From Candidatus Daviesbacteria bacterium (GTDB lineage: Bacteria > Patescibacteriota > Microgenomatia > Daviesbacterales > UBA10151): 64,000 bases of DNA. The stretch spans positions 148,356-212,355 of the forward strand of contig JAQUSJ010000001.1 in NCBI GenBank assembly GCA_028715175.1. The letters are read 5' to 3'. Position numbers and translations under genes: made by a program. Below, one piece after another: positions 29,208-39,473 of this stretch (positions within the stretch are counted from its first letter, which is position 1; every line of letters starts with the position of its first letter). A model generated the notes under the pieces. That model saw only the letters and a list, made by a program, of their open reading frames with translations. It was not told the DNA's origin and did not search any database.

Positions 29208-29999
29208 ATGATAAGTACACTTTTAGGTATAAAAAAGGAAATGACGAGTGTTTATGATTCCCGCGGAAGAAGGGTGGGAGCTACCGTTGTACAAATTTCA
29301 CCTAATTTGGTGACTCAAATAAAAACTACCGATGGTAAAGATGGTTACAGCGCAGTCCAGCTAGGTTATGGAACCAAAAAATCAGTCAAAAAACCTCAGC
29401 TTGGACACGGGAAAAAAGCTGGAATTGAAACTCCGATTAGATGGTTTAGGGAAGTTAAAATCAAGGAAGAAAATCCCTCGACTACGCTCGGGACTATAGA
29501 GCCTGGAACAGAAATTAAACTGGACCAGGTTTTTTCAATAGGAGATGCAGTAAAAGCGACAGGTATTTCTAAAGGTAAAGGTTTTCAAGGTGGAGTGAGG
29601 CGTCACGGCTTTCATGGCGGACCAAAGACTCACGGTCAATCAGATAGGTTGCGAGCTCCGGGCGCAATTGGTTCAGGTACTACCCCGGGAAGAGTTTATA
29701 AGGGCAAAAAGATGGCAGGTCATATGGGTAGTAGCGGAGCAAGTACCAAGAATTTAGAAGTCGTAGGGTTAAATAAAAATGATAATTTATTGATTATTAA
29801 AGGCGCAATTCCGGGGCCGGTGAATAATTTAGTTTTAATTACAAAATTAGGAAGAGTAAAAGGTTACACTCCGCCACCGGAAGAAAAACCATCGGAAGAA
29901 GAATTAAGCGAAGAGAAGCAAGAATCAAGCAAAGAAACAGAAGAGCCAAAGACTGAAGAAGCAAAGGTGGAACAAAAAGGAGAAGAAAATGCCAGTTAA
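29208..29999 (+). CDS. rplC: 50S ribosomal protein L3 with an acidic C-terminal extension
   Basis: L3 core (GKGFQGGVRRHGF...). About 45-aa Glu/Lys/Ser-rich tail. Confidence 0.9.
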   Translation: MISTLLGIKKEMTSVYDSRGRRVGATVVQISPNLVTQIKTTDGKDGYSAVQLGYGTKKSVKKPQLGHGKKAGIETPIRWFREVKIKEENPSTTLGTIEPGTEIKLDQVFSIGDAVKATGISKGKGFQGGVRRHGFHGGPKTHGQSDRLRAPGAIGSGTTPGRVYKGKKMAGHMGSSGASTKNLEVVGLNKNDNLLIIKGAIPGPVNNLVLITKLGRVKGYTPPPEEKPSEEELSEEKQESSKETEEPKTEEAKVEQKGEENAS

Positions 30000-30780
30000 A
30001 AAAGTGATAAGTAAGAAGAGAAAAGTAACAAGTGACAAGAAACAAGTGACAAGAAAAAAAGCTGGAAGTGCTTCTCTATCTGTTCCAGTTTATTCTCTAG
30101 CTGGTAGAGTTGCTGGAACTTTGTCATTACCAAAGGAAATTTTTGGGGTTAAAGTTAATAAAACATTGCTGTCACAAGCAGCTAGAGTTTATTTAACAAA
30201 CAAGAAGACCTTATTAGGTTCTACCAAGACCCGGGGTGAGATTGAGGGTTCAACTGCCAAGATTTATAGGCAAAAAGGCACCGGCAGGGCTAGACACGGC
30301 GCTATCCGCGCGCCGATATTTGTCGGGGGCGGTATTACTTTTGGTCCCAAGTCCCGCAAGGTACGGCTGGATTTACCAAAGAAGATGAAAAAAGCAGCTT
30401 TATTGTCTGCTCTTTCAGCTAAGGCGGCTGATAAGAATGTAATAGGGTTAGCTGGAGTTGAAAAAGCATCAGGTAAGACAAAAGAGTTATCTAAAGTTTT
30501 AAATAAAATTACTGGAGAAAATAAAGGCATGAAAAGTGTTTTGATTGTGACTGAGGGAAAAGCAGATAATATGATTAGAGCGGTCAGGAATATTCCAGGG
30601 GTTAGTATTTTGTCTACAAATTTGATTAATGCTTACGAAGTTTTAAGACACGACTTATTAATTTTGAACAAAGAAGCGGTCAATGTCATTCTGGGGAGTA
30701 AAACGACACCAGAATCTGGTAAGAAAGATTCTGGACGCGCTCTGCTTGCCAGAATGACAAAGAAAGGGAAGAAAAAATGA
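29989..30780 (+). CDS. rplD: 50S ribosomal protein L4 with basic N- and C-terminal extensions
   Basis: L4 core (KGTGRARHGAIRAPIFVGGG); 263 aa. Confidence 0.85.
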   Translation: MPVKKVISKKRKVTSDKKQVTRKKAGSASLSVPVYSLAGRVAGTLSLPKEIFGVKVNKTLLSQAARVYLTNKKTLLGSTKTRGEIEGSTAKIYRQKGTGRARHGAIRAPIFVGGGITFGPKSRKVRLDLPKKMKKAALLSALSAKAADKNVIGLAGVEKASGKTKELSKVLNKITGENKGMKSVLIVTEGKADNMIRAVRNIPGVSILSTNLINAYEVLRHDLLILNKEAVNVILGSKTTPESGKKDSGRALLARMTKKGKKK

Positions 30781-31205
30781 TCATTTTAAAACGGCCAATT
30801 ATTTCTGAAAAATCAATGAAACTTGCCCAAAATGGTTTGTATACTTTTGAGGTTGACAGAGAGGCAACAAAGCCTTTAATTGCCAAAAAAATTTCCGAGA
30901 AATTTAATGTTAACTTTTTAAAAGTTAGAGTAATAAATATTAAAGGAAAGATGAAATCACAAAGAAAAGTTAGAAAAGTTTATCAAACCGGGGGATACAA
31001 AAAAGCTATAGTCCAGGTTAAAAAAGGAGATAAAATTGCTGTCTTTGAAACTCCTAAAGAAGAGGCTACAGTCACAACAGCTGAGGGCGAACCGATCAAA
31101 TTAAAAGAGAAAAAGGATATTTTAGGAAGGACCAAAGTAAAAGTAGAAAAAACCGCGGTTGGGGCAGCGCCTACAACGCAGAGAAAGGTAATAACAGGAA
31201 AGTGA
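30777..31205 (+). CDS. rplW: 50S ribosomal protein L23 with a C-terminal extension
   Basis: L23 core in the first about 95 aa; the tail is Lys/Glu/Thr-rich. Confidence 0.85.
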   Translation: MIILKRPIISEKSMKLAQNGLYTFEVDREATKPLIAKKISEKFNVNFLKVRVINIKGKMKSQRKVRKVYQTGGYKKAIVQVKKGDKIAVFETPKEEATVTTAEGEPIKLKEKKDILGRTKVKVEKTAVGAAPTTQRKVITGK

Positions 31206-31217
31206 CGAATGCAGTGA

Positions 31218-31288
31218 GTCATCCCTGCGAAGGCAGGGATTCACTTAACAGCATCAATTAATTGGATTCCCGCATCCGCGGGAATGAC
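31218..31288. repeat. Dual-hairpin palindromic repeat element, copy 2 (gtcatccctgcgaaggcagggattc ... ggattcccgcatccgcgggaatgac)
   Basis: Same architecture and GTCAT/ATGAC termini as 27984-28039. The spacer carries the shared aattaattgg motif. It creates the spurious MDSRIRGNDK N-terminus on the rplB ORF. Confidence 0.6.
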
Positions 31289-31303
31289 AAGAATGAGAAG
31301 ATT

Positions 31304-32056
31304 ATGGAAACAATAAAAAGCACAAAAAGATTAAAGGTTTTGTTAAAGAAACACTCAGGCCGCTCTGGTGGAGTGTTGACTGTCCGTGGTCAAGGCGGAA
31401 GACATAAGAGGTATTACAGGGGGATTGATTTTAGAAGGGATAAATTTGGAGTTTCGGGTGAAGTGATGGATATTGAATATGATCCGAATAGAAATGTAAA
31501 AATTGCCTTAATCAAATATACGGATGGAGAATACAGGTACATTTTGGCCCCAAAAGGGTTATCTGCGGGTGACAAAGTGATAGCCGGTGACAAAAGTGAA
31601 ATAAAAATTGGTAATGCGATGAAGTTACAAAATATAACGATCGGGACACTGATACATAATGTTGAACTTACTCCTGGTAAAGGCGGACAATTAGGTCGGA
31701 GTGCTGGAATGGCGTTACAACTTCTTGCCAAAGAAGGCGGTTTCGCTAATTTGAAGATGCCCTCAGGTGAGGTTAGGATGATCTCTCTGCAATCAATGGC
31801 TACGATTGGCACATTAGGCAACGAGGAAGTGAGACAGCGGGTATTGGGCAAAGCCGGCAGATCCCGCCATATGGGTATCAAACCAACTGTTCGCGGTGTG
31901 GCTCAAGATCCTGATTCTCACCCGCACGGCGGGGGAGAAGGAAGATCAGGAATTGGGCGAAAAAGCCCGATGACAAAATATGGCAAGATTGCTGTCGGTA
32001 AAACCAGAAATAGAAGAAAGCAAAGCAATAGATATATTTTGAAAAGGAGAAAATAA
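31304..32056 (+). CDS. rplB: 50S ribosomal protein L2
   Basis: Start moved to [12 protein letters not shown]2 motifs (GRNxxGxIT-like, HPHGGGEG). Confidence 0.9.
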   Translation: METIKSTKRLKVLLKKHSGRSGGVLTVRGQGGRHKRYYRGIDFRRDKFGVSGEVMDIEYDPNRNVKIALIKYTDGEYRYILAPKGLSAGDKVIAGDKSEIKIGNAMKLQNITIGTLIHNVELTPGKGGQLGRSAGMALQLLAKEGGFANLKMPSGEVRMISLQSMATIGTLGNEEVRQRVLGKAGRSRHMGIKPTVRGVAQDPDSHPHGGGEGRSGIGRKSPMTKYGKIAVGKTRNRRKQSNRYILKRRK

Positions 32057-32057
32057 T

Positions 32058-32342
32058 ATGGGTAGATCAGTTAAAAAAGGTCCGTTCATCGACGAGAAGC
32101 TGATGAAAAAAGTAATGATGCAAAAGCAGGGTGTAAAGAAAGATCCGATTAAAACCTGGGCCAGAAGATCACAGATTCCGCCGGAATTTGTCGGGCATAC
32201 TTTTTTAGTCCACCAAGGGAAAAATTTTGTGACTGTATATGTGTCTGAATCAATGGTGGGACACAGGTTAGGTGAATTTGCGCCAACACGAGTATTTAGA
32301 GGTCATGGAAAGGTAACAGAAAAGAGTACGTCAAAGACTTAA
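32058..32342 (+). CDS. rpsS: 30S ribosomal protein S19
   Basis: GRSVKKGPF...[10 protein letters not shown]19 motifs. Confidence 0.9.
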   Translation: MGRSVKKGPFIDEKLMKKVMMQKQGVKKDPIKTWARRSQIPPEFVGHTFLVHQGKNFVTVYVSESMVGHRLGEFAPTRVFRGHGKVTEKSTSKT

Positions 32343-32356
32343 AAAAGGTCAAAAAT

Positions 32357-32698
32357 ATGGAAATACAAACAATACAAAAATTCTTACACACCAGTCCCAG
32401 GAAACTTCGTCTGGTTTCGGATATGGTTCGTAAAATGGAACCGTCTAAAGCTTTGGATGTTTTGGGGATTGTTCCCAAAGCAGCTGCTAAAGATTTGGAA
32501 AAAGCTCTGAGAGTAGTTTTAGCGAATGCAAAACAGCAAGGCCTGGATGCATCAAAACTAACTTTCAAAAAAATTGAAATAAACGAGAGTATGAAAATGC
32601 GTCGATTCAGAGCTGGTACGAAAGGGAGAGTTAAACCGTATAAGAAGAGAATGAGCCATATAAAAATCGTCTTGTCAGATGAGAAAGGAGAAAAGTAG
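32357..32698 (+). CDS. rplV: 50S ribosomal protein L22
   Basis: L22 family; 113 aa. Confidence 0.85.
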   Translation: MEIQTIQKFLHTSPRKLRLVSDMVRKMEPSKALDVLGIVPKAAAKDLEKALRVVLANAKQQGLDASKLTFKKIEINESMKMRRFRAGTKGRVKPYKKRMSHIKIVLSDEKGEK

Positions 32699-32700
32699 TC

Positions 32701-33342
32701 GTGGGTCAGAAAATACATCCAGTCGGTTTTAGGATGGGTATTGGAGCAGCTTGGAAGTCGCGTTGGTTTGCTCATGGGGCAAAATACCAACAGTATATTG
32801 CGGAGGATTTGAAGATCCGCGAACTTTTGATGAAGAAATTGCGTCCGGCAGGTATTAGTTCGGTTGAGATTGAGAGAGCTGTTAACAAATTAAAAATAAT
32901 AATCTATGTTTCCCGTCCCGGGGTTTTGATTGGACGGGGAGGCAGCGGCTTAAACGATCTGAAGAAATTTTTAATGGCCGAGTTAAAAATTAAGAGCGAC
33001 AATAGTTTAGAGGTTGCGCCGATGGAGTTAAAATCGGCAGACTTATCATCTTATCTTGTTGCCCAATCTGTAGCTGAACAGCTTGTCAGAAGACTGTCTG
33101 CGCAACGAGTGATGAATCAAGTAATTGATAGAGTAATGAGGGCCGGCGCCAAGGGTGTAAGGATTGTTTTATCCGGCAGAATAGGTGGCGCAGAAATTGC
33201 AAGACGCGAATGGAAGGCTGCAGGAACTATGCCTTTGCACACTCTTAGGGCAGACATAGATTTTGTTACATACCCGGCTTTAACAAAGTCAGGATATGTG
33301 GGAGTGAAAGTTTGGATTAACAAAGGGGAGGTAGAAATTTAA
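32701..33342 (+). CDS. rpsC: 30S ribosomal protein S3 (GTG start)
   Basis: [13 protein letters not shown]...KH and S3-C domains. Confidence 0.9.
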   Translation: MGQKIHPVGFRMGIGAAWKSRWFAHGAKYQQYIAEDLKIRELLMKKLRPAGISSVEIERAVNKLKIIIYVSRPGVLIGRGGSGLNDLKKFLMAELKIKSDNSLEVAPMELKSADLSSYLVAQSVAEQLVRRLSAQRVMNQVIDRVMRAGAKGVRIVLSGRIGGAEIARREWKAAGTMPLHTLRADIDFVTYPALTKSGYVGVKVWINKGEVEI

Positions 33343-33343
33343 C

Positions 33344-33757
33344 ATGTCGCTATTGCAACCAAAGAGAATGAAGCATAGAAAAACCTTTAAAGGTAAAAGA
33401 GGCGGGATAGCTACGCGCGGTAATCGTTTATCGTTTGGGTCTTTCGGGTTAAAGGCTATGGAGGCAGGTTTTATCTCTGCAAGACAACTCGAAGCAGCCA
33501 GACGGGCGATGACTCATTTTACGCAAAGAGGCGGACGTATTTGGATCAGGGTTTTTCCTGATAAGCCGGTTACCAAACACCCGGCAGAGAGTAGAATGGG
33601 TTCTGGTAAGGGTGATGTTGAAGGATATGTGGCTGTTGTGAAACCGGGAAGCTTAATTTTTGAAATGGGGGCTGTTGCAAAAGGGATAGCGGAAGAGGCT
33701 TTAAGATTAGCTGCCCATAAGTTGCCGATTGATACAAAATTTGTGGAAAAGACTTAA
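33344..33757 (+). CDS. rplP: 50S ribosomal protein L16
   Basis: [15 protein letters not shown]... L16 signature. Confidence 0.9.
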   Translation: MSLLQPKRMKHRKTFKGKRGGIATRGNRLSFGSFGLKAMEAGFISARQLEAARRAMTHFTQRGGRIWIRVFPDKPVTKHPAESRMGSGKGDVEGYVAVVKPGSLIFEMGAVAKGIAEEALRLAAHKLPIDTKFVEKT

Positions 33758-33759
33758 CT

Positions 33760-34044
33760 ATGAAGAAAAACGATTTTTTGCAGATAAAAGGATTAGATGT
33801 AAGAGAGCTGAAGGTTAAAGCGAGGACTCTAAAGGAAGAAATTGCAAATTTAACTTTGGATAAAAATATGAAAAAGTTGAAAGATCTAAAAATGGTTTCG
33901 AAAAAGAAAAAAGAGCTGGCTCAAATTTTGACAATTATTAAACAGAAAGAACTCTTAATACAACTAGAATCAATAAGTCATCAGACTGAAAAGATAATTG
34001 AGAAAGAAGAAAAACTTAAAGAAAGAAAGGAAAAAAATAAATGA
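33760..34044 (+). CDS. rpmC: 50S ribosomal protein L29 with a C-terminal Lys/Glu-rich extension
   Basis: L29 core, about 65 aa, plus the tail ...ISHQTEKIIEKEEKLKERKEKNK. Confidence 0.8.
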   Translation: MKKNDFLQIKGLDVRELKVKARTLKEEIANLTLDKNMKKLKDLKMVSKKKKELAQILTIIKQKELLIQLESISHQTEKIIEKEEKLKERKEKNK

Positions 34045-34433
34045 TTGGAAGGGTTGTTTCAACAAAAATGCAAAAAACGGTGACTGTCTTAATAGAAAGA
34101 GTGGCCAAGCACCCTTTGTATCAAAAAACTTTTATTCAAAGTAAAAGATATTTGGTTGATGATCCTGTTGGTGTAAAGATGGGGGATGTGGTAGAGATCG
34201 TTAAAGTCAAACCGATTTCTAAGAACAAGCATTGGAGGATAGTCAAAGTAGTAGGGAAGAATTTGGAAGAAATTACAGAAAGTGCATTAAAGGCAGCAGC
34301 AGAAAAAATAATTGCGGAAGCGATGCCGGAGGGAAAGACTGAAGAGTCGTCAGTCATCAGTCATCAGACTGAAGAAGAAACAAACAAAAGACAAGAAAAA
34401 CTTAAAGAAAGAAAGGAAAAGTCTGAAAGCTGA
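34041..34433 (+). CDS. rpsQ: 30S ribosomal protein S17 with a C-terminal extension homologous to the L29 tail
   Basis: S17 core (GRVVSTKMQKTVTV...) plus the tail ...SVISHQTEEETNKRQEKLKERKEKSES. Confidence 0.85.
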   Translation: MIGRVVSTKMQKTVTVLIERVAKHPLYQKTFIQSKRYLVDDPVGVKMGDVVEIVKVKPISKNKHWRIVKVVGKNLEEITESALKAAAEKIIAEAMPEGKTEESSVISHQTEEETNKRQEKLKERKEKSES

Positions 34434-34458
34434 TAGCTGAAGACTGAGAGCTAATTTT

Positions 34459-34827
34459 ATGGTTCAACACAGGACCAGGTTAACAGTTGCAGATAATAGC
34501 GGGGCAAAAGCAGTCCAAGTAATTCAACCCTTGGGCGGTTCAGGCAAGAGAAAAGCTTCTTTGGGACAATTGGTAGTGGCAGTTGTTAAAGGGGCAGATC
34601 CGAATGGGCAAGTAAAAAACCACGAGATAGTTAAAGTTGTGATTGTCAGGACGAAAAAAGAGGTCAGACGTGATGACGGTTCATATATAAAATTTGATGA
34701 TAATGCGGGAGTGATTGTAGATAACGATGGAAACTTAAGAGCTACCCGTATATTTGGTCCGGTTGCAAGAGAAGTCAGAGATGCCGGGTACGCAAAAATT
34801 ATTTCTCTGGCGCAGGAGGTTTGGTAA
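34459..34827 (+). CDS. rplN: 50S ribosomal protein L14
   Basis: [18 protein letters not shown]14 signature. Confidence 0.9.
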   Translation: MVQHRTRLTVADNSGAKAVQVIQPLGGSGKRKASLGQLVVAVVKGADPNGQVKNHEIVKVVIVRTKKEVRRDDGSYIKFDDNAGVIVDNDGNLRATRIFGPVAREVRDAGYAKIISLAQEVW

Positions 34828-34830
34828 ATT

Positions 34831-35151
34831 ATGAAAATACAAAAAGGCGATAAAGTCAAAATAATGTTGGGTAAAGATAGAGGCAAGGAAGGTAAAGTAG
34901 AGTTTGTTTTAGTTAAGAGGAAAAAAGTATTTGTTGGGGGAGTAAATCTTTACAAAAGACATGTTAAAAAACATGGCAACCTGGAGGGAGGCATCATTGA
35001 TCTTCCTAAACCAATGGATATTTCCAATGTAGCTTTAATTTGTCCCAATTGCAATAAGACGACCAAAATCGGAATAAAGAAACTGGAAAGTGGCAAAACT
35101 AGAATTTGCCGTAAGTGCAAAAAGGAGATTAATACAAATGCAAAGGATTAA
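34831..35151 (+). CDS. rplX: 50S ribosomal protein L24 with Cys4 zinc-ribbon-like C-terminal hairpin
   Basis: KOW motif GDKVKIMLGKDRGKEG. CPNC...CRKC replaces the usual C-terminal beta-hairpin residues. Confidence 0.85.
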   Translation: MKIQKGDKVKIMLGKDRGKEGKVEFVLVKRKKVFVGGVNLYKRHVKKHGNLEGGIIDLPKPMDISNVALICPNCNKTTKIGIKKLESGKTRICRKCKKEINTNAKD

Positions 35152-35695
35152 AGAAAAATATATCAACGAATTGCGACAAAAATTACAACAGGAATTAGGC
35201 CTGAAAAATAAATTGGCGGTTCCCGCTGTAGAAAAAATCGTCATCAGCATTGGTTTGGGTGAGGCGAAAGATAATGCCGGAGTATTGGATAAAGTAAAAG
35301 TTTACTTTGCAGCATTGGCTGGTCAAAAACCTGTTGTGACTTTAGCTAAAAAATCTATTGCATCTTTTAAAGTCAGTAAGGGACAACCGATTGGGATGAT
35401 GGTGACGCTGCGGGGTGATAAAATGTATGCTTTTCTGGATAAATTAATCAATATAGTCTTACCTAAGGTTAGGGATTTTAAGGGGATATCGCAAAACTCT
35501 TTTGATAGTCATGGAAATTTAAATATCGGCCTGAAAGAACAGACTATCTTTCCCGAAGTTGATTATAAGAGCGTAGATAAAATACGCGGTTTGGCGATAA
35601 CCATTACCACAACTGCAAAAAAGAGGGGTGGTTTCACCGCTAAAGAGGAAGGAAAGAAATTGCTTGACGGGTTAGGTATGCCTTTCAGGAGTTAA
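35138..35695 (+). CDS. rplE: 50S ribosomal protein L5
   Basis: Start moved to MQRIKEKYINELRQKL (L5 N-terminus); overlaps the rplX end by 14 nt. Confidence 0.85.
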   Translation: MQRIKEKYINELRQKLQQELGLKNKLAVPAVEKIVISIGLGEAKDNAGVLDKVKVYFAALAGQKPVVTLAKKSIASFKVSKGQPIGMMVTLRGDKMYAFLDKLINIVLPKVRDFKGISQNSFDSHGNLNIGLKEQTIFPEVDYKSVDKIRGLAITITTTAKKRGGFTAKEEGKKLLDGLGMPFRS

Positions 35696-35698
35696 TAT

Positions 35699-35878
35699 AT
35701 GGCTAAAGTATCGAATATCGTTAAAAAGAAATTTAAATACGATGTGCAGAAAAAGAATCGTTGTATGCGGTGCGGCAGGGCCCGGGCTTATCTTAGAAAA
35801 TTTGGACTTTGCAGACTTTGTTTTAGAGAATTAGCACACCAGGGACTATTGCCAGGAGTTAAAAAAGCATCATGGTAG
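35699..35878 (+). CDS. rpsZ: 30S ribosomal protein S14 type Z (zinc-binding, 59 aa); not in the supplied ORF track
   Basis: Translation [59 protein letters not shown] with a CxxC...CxxC motif. Confidence 0.85.
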   Translation: MAKVSNIVKKKFKYDVQKKNRCMRCGRARAYLRKFGLCRLCFRELAHQGLLPGVKKASW

Positions 35879-36000
35879 GAAAATTAGAATTATGAATTTA
35901 GAATTAAGAATCTTGAATAACAAAATAAAGATACGTGATGGACGATTCGGAAACGTGAGTTCATCAAAAGGAGGAGGACGGTAGAATCGTCCAAAAAGAC

Positions 36001-36375
36001 ATGGATCCAGTTGCAGATGCGTTAATAAGAATAAAGAATGGTTATCAGGTTGGCAAATTGAAAGTTGCAATTAGATTCTCAAAGTTAATTTTAAAACTTG
36101 CTAAATTACTTGAGAAAGAAGGCTATCTGTTGGGGGTTGAACAAAAGGGTCAAGAAATAATAGTCACCTTGAAATATAATTCAAGAGCTCCGGTTTTAAC
36201 CGATATCCAAAGAGTTTCAAAGCCTGCTCTTAGGGTATACAAAGGAGTTAAAGACTTGCCGGTAGTCTTAAACGGATTAGGTATTGCGATTATTTCGACA
36301 CCTAAAGGTTTAATGACTGACAGGCAAGCGCGCAAACTTAAAGTAGGAGGGGAAGTGTTAGCGCTAGTTTGGTAA
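36001..36375 (+). CDS. rpsH: 30S ribosomal protein S8
   Basis: DPVADALIRIKNG S8 signature. Confidence 0.9.
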   Translation: MDPVADALIRIKNGYQVGKLKVAIRFSKLILKLAKLLEKEGYLLGVEQKGQEIIVTLKYNSRAPVLTDIQRVSKPALRVYKGVKDLPVVLNGLGIAIISTPKGLMTDRQARKLKVGGEVLALVW

Positions 36376-36381
36376 AAAAAT

Positions 36382-36942
36382 ATGAGTAGAATCGGGAATG
36401 CACCTATTACAATACCTGTCGGAGTTGCTGTTGAAAAAAGCGGCAGGATAGTTAGTGTCAGCGGGCCAAAAGGAGTATTAAAAATGGAGCTGGACCCAAC
36501 TGTTTCTTTAGAGATGGAAGGATCAACTGTGATTATCAAGAGAAAAAATGATCAAAAAAAAGTTAAAGCATTGCATGGGTTAACAAGGAGTCTAATTGCC
36601 AACATGGTAACCGGAGTGAGTAATTTATGGAGTAAAAGTTTAGAATTAGTTGGTGTTGGGTTTAGGGCACAGATTACCGGAGATAAATTAGTAATCAATA
36701 TTGGTTTTTCTCATCCGGTAGAAATTGTCGCTCCGGAGGGGATTACTTTTGAAGTAACAGATAATACAAAAATTAAAGTTAGCGGCGTGGATAAGCAGTT
36801 AGTTGGACAAGTAGCTGCTAATTTAAAAAAGATCAGGCCCCCTGATGTATACAAAGGTAAAGGGATTAGGTATGAAGGTGAATATATCAGAAAGAAAGTA
36901 GGGAAGAGTGCAAAGGTAGGAGTTGCAGTTGGAGGGAAATAA
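36382..36942 (+). CDS. rplF: 50S ribosomal protein L6
   Basis: SRIGNAPITIP...L6 repeats. Confidence 0.9.
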   Translation: MSRIGNAPITIPVGVAVEKSGRIVSVSGPKGVLKMELDPTVSLEMEGSTVIIKRKNDQKKVKALHGLTRSLIANMVTGVSNLWSKSLELVGVGFRAQITGDKLVINIGFSHPVEIVAPEGITFEVTDNTKIKVSGVDKQLVGQVAANLKKIRPPDVYKGKGIRYEGEYIRKKVGKSAKVGVAVGGK

Positions 36943-36945
36943 TTC

Positions 36946-37281
36946 ATGAAAAAAGAAATTAGGGTAATGAAGCATTTAAAAATAAGACAACGGATTTATG
37001 GGACTCAAGAGCGTCCGCGGTTGTCTGTATTCAGATCAAGCCAACATATTTTTGCCCAATTGATTGACGATAAGGCAGGTAAAACTTATGCTCAAGCAAG
37101 TGATTTGAAAATGACCAAAGAACCAAAGAATAAAAAGGCCTATGAGGTAGGTAGACAACTGGCAGCTAAAGCATTAAAACTTAAAATTAAAAAAGCGGTA
37201 TTTGATAGAGGCGGTTTTTTATATAGTGGCAGGGTAGAAAGTTTGGCAAAAGGCGCCAGAGAAGGAGGTTTAGAATTTTAA
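36946..37281 (+). CDS. rplR: 50S ribosomal protein L18
   Basis: [21 protein letters not shown]18 signature. Confidence 0.9.
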   Translation: MKKEIRVMKHLKIRQRIYGTQERPRLSVFRSSQHIFAQLIDDKAGKTYAQASDLKMTKEPKNKKAYEVGRQLAAKALKLKIKKAVFDRGGFLYSGRVESLAKGAREGGLEF

Positions 37282-37733
37282 TGAATCCGGAAAATATTCA
37301 ACCAGAATTTTTTGAAAGAGTAGTTCAGGTGAACAGGGTATCTAAAAAAACCAAAGGAGGAGATAAGAGATCTTTATCTGTTTTGGTTGTTGTCGGTGAT
37401 AAAAAAGGAAGAGTTGGAGTGGGTTTGGGTAAGGCTGCTGAAGTGCAAGCCGCAGTAAGAAAAGCAACATCTTATGCAAAAAAACATCTGATTACAGTGC
37501 CTTTGAAAGGTAGAACTATACCACACACAATTTTAGTAAAAAATGGCGCAGCAAAAGTACTGCTTAAACCAGCTCCGATAGGTACAGGTGTTATAGCCGG
37601 AGGCGCAGTCAGAGTGGTAGTGGAGGCAGCAGGTATTCATGATATTGTATCTAAGATTTTGGGTACCAAAAATCAGGCTTCAAATGTTTATGCTACATTG
37701 GAGGCACTGGGGAAATTAAAAAAGATAATATGA
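37281..37733 (+). CDS. rpsE: 30S ribosomal protein S5
   Basis: [40 protein letters not shown]5 signature. Confidence 0.9.
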   Translation: MNPENIQPEFFERVVQVNRVSKKTKGGDKRSLSVLVVVGDKKGRVGVGLGKAAEVQAAVRKATSYAKKHLITVPLKGRTIPHTILVKNGAAKVLLKPAPIGTGVIAGGAVRVVVEAAGIHDIVSKILGTKNQASNVYATLEALGKLKKII

Positions 37734-38188
37734 AATTACACGAACTTATAAAAATTGCAACCAGATCCAAGAAAAGACTTGGTCGCGGTTTGGGTTCCGG
37801 AAAAGGGAAAACCGGCGGACGAGGTACAAAGGGTCAAAAAGCAAGAGGTAAAATGCCTTTAAGTTTTACCGGCAGTCTTGCGCTCTATAAAAAACTCCCC
37901 CTTAAAAAGGGAAAAGGTAATCTCAAACCGGCAACTAAAAAAATATTACTCGACATTGCTAAATTAGATATTTTTAAAGATAAAACTATTGTTGATCTGG
38001 AAAAGCTTATAGAGATGAGCATTATTTCAGAAAAGCAAGCGAAAAGAGGGGTAAAAATTTTAAATAAGACAAGCTTGTCGCTTCGCGATAAAAGTAAGTT
38101 AAACAGGGTTTTAACCGTTAAGCTTCCCGTATCAGCTTCCGCCCGGAAAGAAATTGAAAAATTAGGCGGGAAGGTTGAATATGACTAA
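37730..38188 (+). CDS. rplO: 50S ribosomal protein L15 (no rpmD/L30 gene between rpsE and rplO)
   Basis: [25 protein letters not shown]15 signature. Confidence 0.9.
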   Translation: MKLHELIKIATRSKKRLGRGLGSGKGKTGGRGTKGQKARGKMPLSFTGSLALYKKLPLKKGKGNLKPATKKILLDIAKLDIFKDKTIVDLEKLIEMSIISEKQAKRGVKILNKTSLSLRDKSKLNRVLTVKLPVSASARKEIEKLGGKVEYD

Positions 38189-39473
38189 TATTCTATCTCC
38201 GGTCATTAATGCTTTTAAAATTGCAGAACTACGAAGAAAAATCTTTATAACGATAGTTTTAGTCATAATTTTTAGAATTTCTGCTCATATTCCTGTTTCT
38301 GGTGTAGATCTTGCAGGTTTACAAGCTTTATTTGCTTCCAATCAATTTTTGGGACTTCTGGATATTTTCTCTGGCGGAACTTTGGCTAATTTTTCAATAA
38401 TTTCATTAGGACTTAATCCCTATATTAATGCTTCTATTATATTTCAACTTTTAACAATGATTAGTCCAAAGCTAGAAGCGCTGTCTAAAGAAGGCGAAAT
38501 GGGCAGACAAATAATTAATCAATACACAAGATATCTGACTGTACCGCTCGCTATATTACAAGCAATTGGTATGTTTGTTCTACTCAAAAATCAGGGGATA
38601 ATTGCTCAAATTAATCCAATGCAGGTGGCAGCAATTATTATCGGTATGACTGCCGGAACAATTTTTCTGATGTGGTTAGGAGAGCTGATTACGGAATATG
38701 GTATTGGCAACGGAATATCACTTTTAATCTTTGCAGGGATTGTTTCAAGAGTCCCTATTACGTTAACACAGACAGCTTTTGTTGCAGATCAGACACAAAT
38801 AATGAATATTCTAATATTCGCTGTTCTGGGAATTTTGGTAGTTGCGGGTGTAGTTTTTGTGAATGAAGGAAGAAGACAAATTACAGTTCAGTACGCCAGG
38901 AGATTTATTGGCGGGAAAGGTCCGGAAACAGGCGCCCAGACTTATTTACCGCTTCGTGTTAACCAAGCCGGAGTAATCCCAATTATTTTTGCGGTTTCAT
39001 TGGTTCTGGTTCCATCATTTGCGGGGTCGTATTTGGCCGGTCTTTCTCAACCCCAATTATCTTCAATCGGCAGATTTTTAGCAGTAAATTTTAATCCCGG
39101 AAGCCTGATTTATAATCTGGTTTATTTTATTCTGGTTGTTGGTTTTACTTTTTTCTACACTGCGGTAATTTTTAATCCCGTAAAAGTCGCTGATGAAATC
39201 AAAAAATACGGGGGATTTATTCCGGGGATACGACCGGGTACTCAAACTGCCGCTTTCCTAAACTATATTATGGTTAGAATTACCCTCGCAGGAGCTTTTT
39301 TTCTGGGCGCGATTGCGATTTTACCTTCTATTGCTTCGCAAATAACCGGCATTCAGACTTTACTCTTAGGCGGGACAGGACTTCTTATCGTCGTATCGGT
39401 TATTTTGGATACGGCCAAACAATTTGAGTCTAAGTTAATTGAAAGAAGCTATGAGGTGTTTGCCAAAAGATGA
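38175..39473 (+). CDS. secY: Protein translocase subunit SecY
   Basis: 10-TM SecY with conserved FAGIVSRVP and [12 protein letters not shown]. Confidence 0.95.
   Translation: MNMTNILSPVINAFKIAELRRKIFITIVLVIIFRISAHIPVSGVDLAGLQALFASNQFLGLLDIFSGGTLANFSIISLGLNPYINASIIFQLLTMISPKLEALSKEGEMGRQIINQYTRYLTVPLAILQAIGMFVLLKNQGIIAQINPMQVAAIIIGMTAGTIFLMWLGELITEYGIGNGISLLIFAGIVSRVPITLTQTAFVADQTQIMNILIFAVLGILVVAGVVFVNEGRRQITVQYARRFIGGKGPETGAQTYLPLRVNQAGVIPIIFAVSLVLVPSFAGSYLAGLSQPQLSSIGRFLAVNFNPGSLIYNLVYFILVVGFTFFYTAVIFNPVKVADEIKKYGGFIPGIRPGTQTAAFLNYIMVRITLAGAFFLGAIAILPSIASQITGIQTLLLGGTGLLIVVSVILDTAKQFESKLIERSYEVFAKR

Noticed and set aside
31262-31303. N-terminal MDSRIRGNDKNEKI extension of rplB
   Set aside because: It is encoded by the right arm of the palindromic repeat element (ggattcccgcatccgcgggaatgac). 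The L2-like sequence begins at the Met at 31304.
31414-32790. Minus-strand ORFs of 155 and 164 aa across rplB and rplV/rpsC
   Set aside because: They are antisense to highly conserved ribosomal protein genes; translations are Pro/Ser/Leu-rich without motifs.
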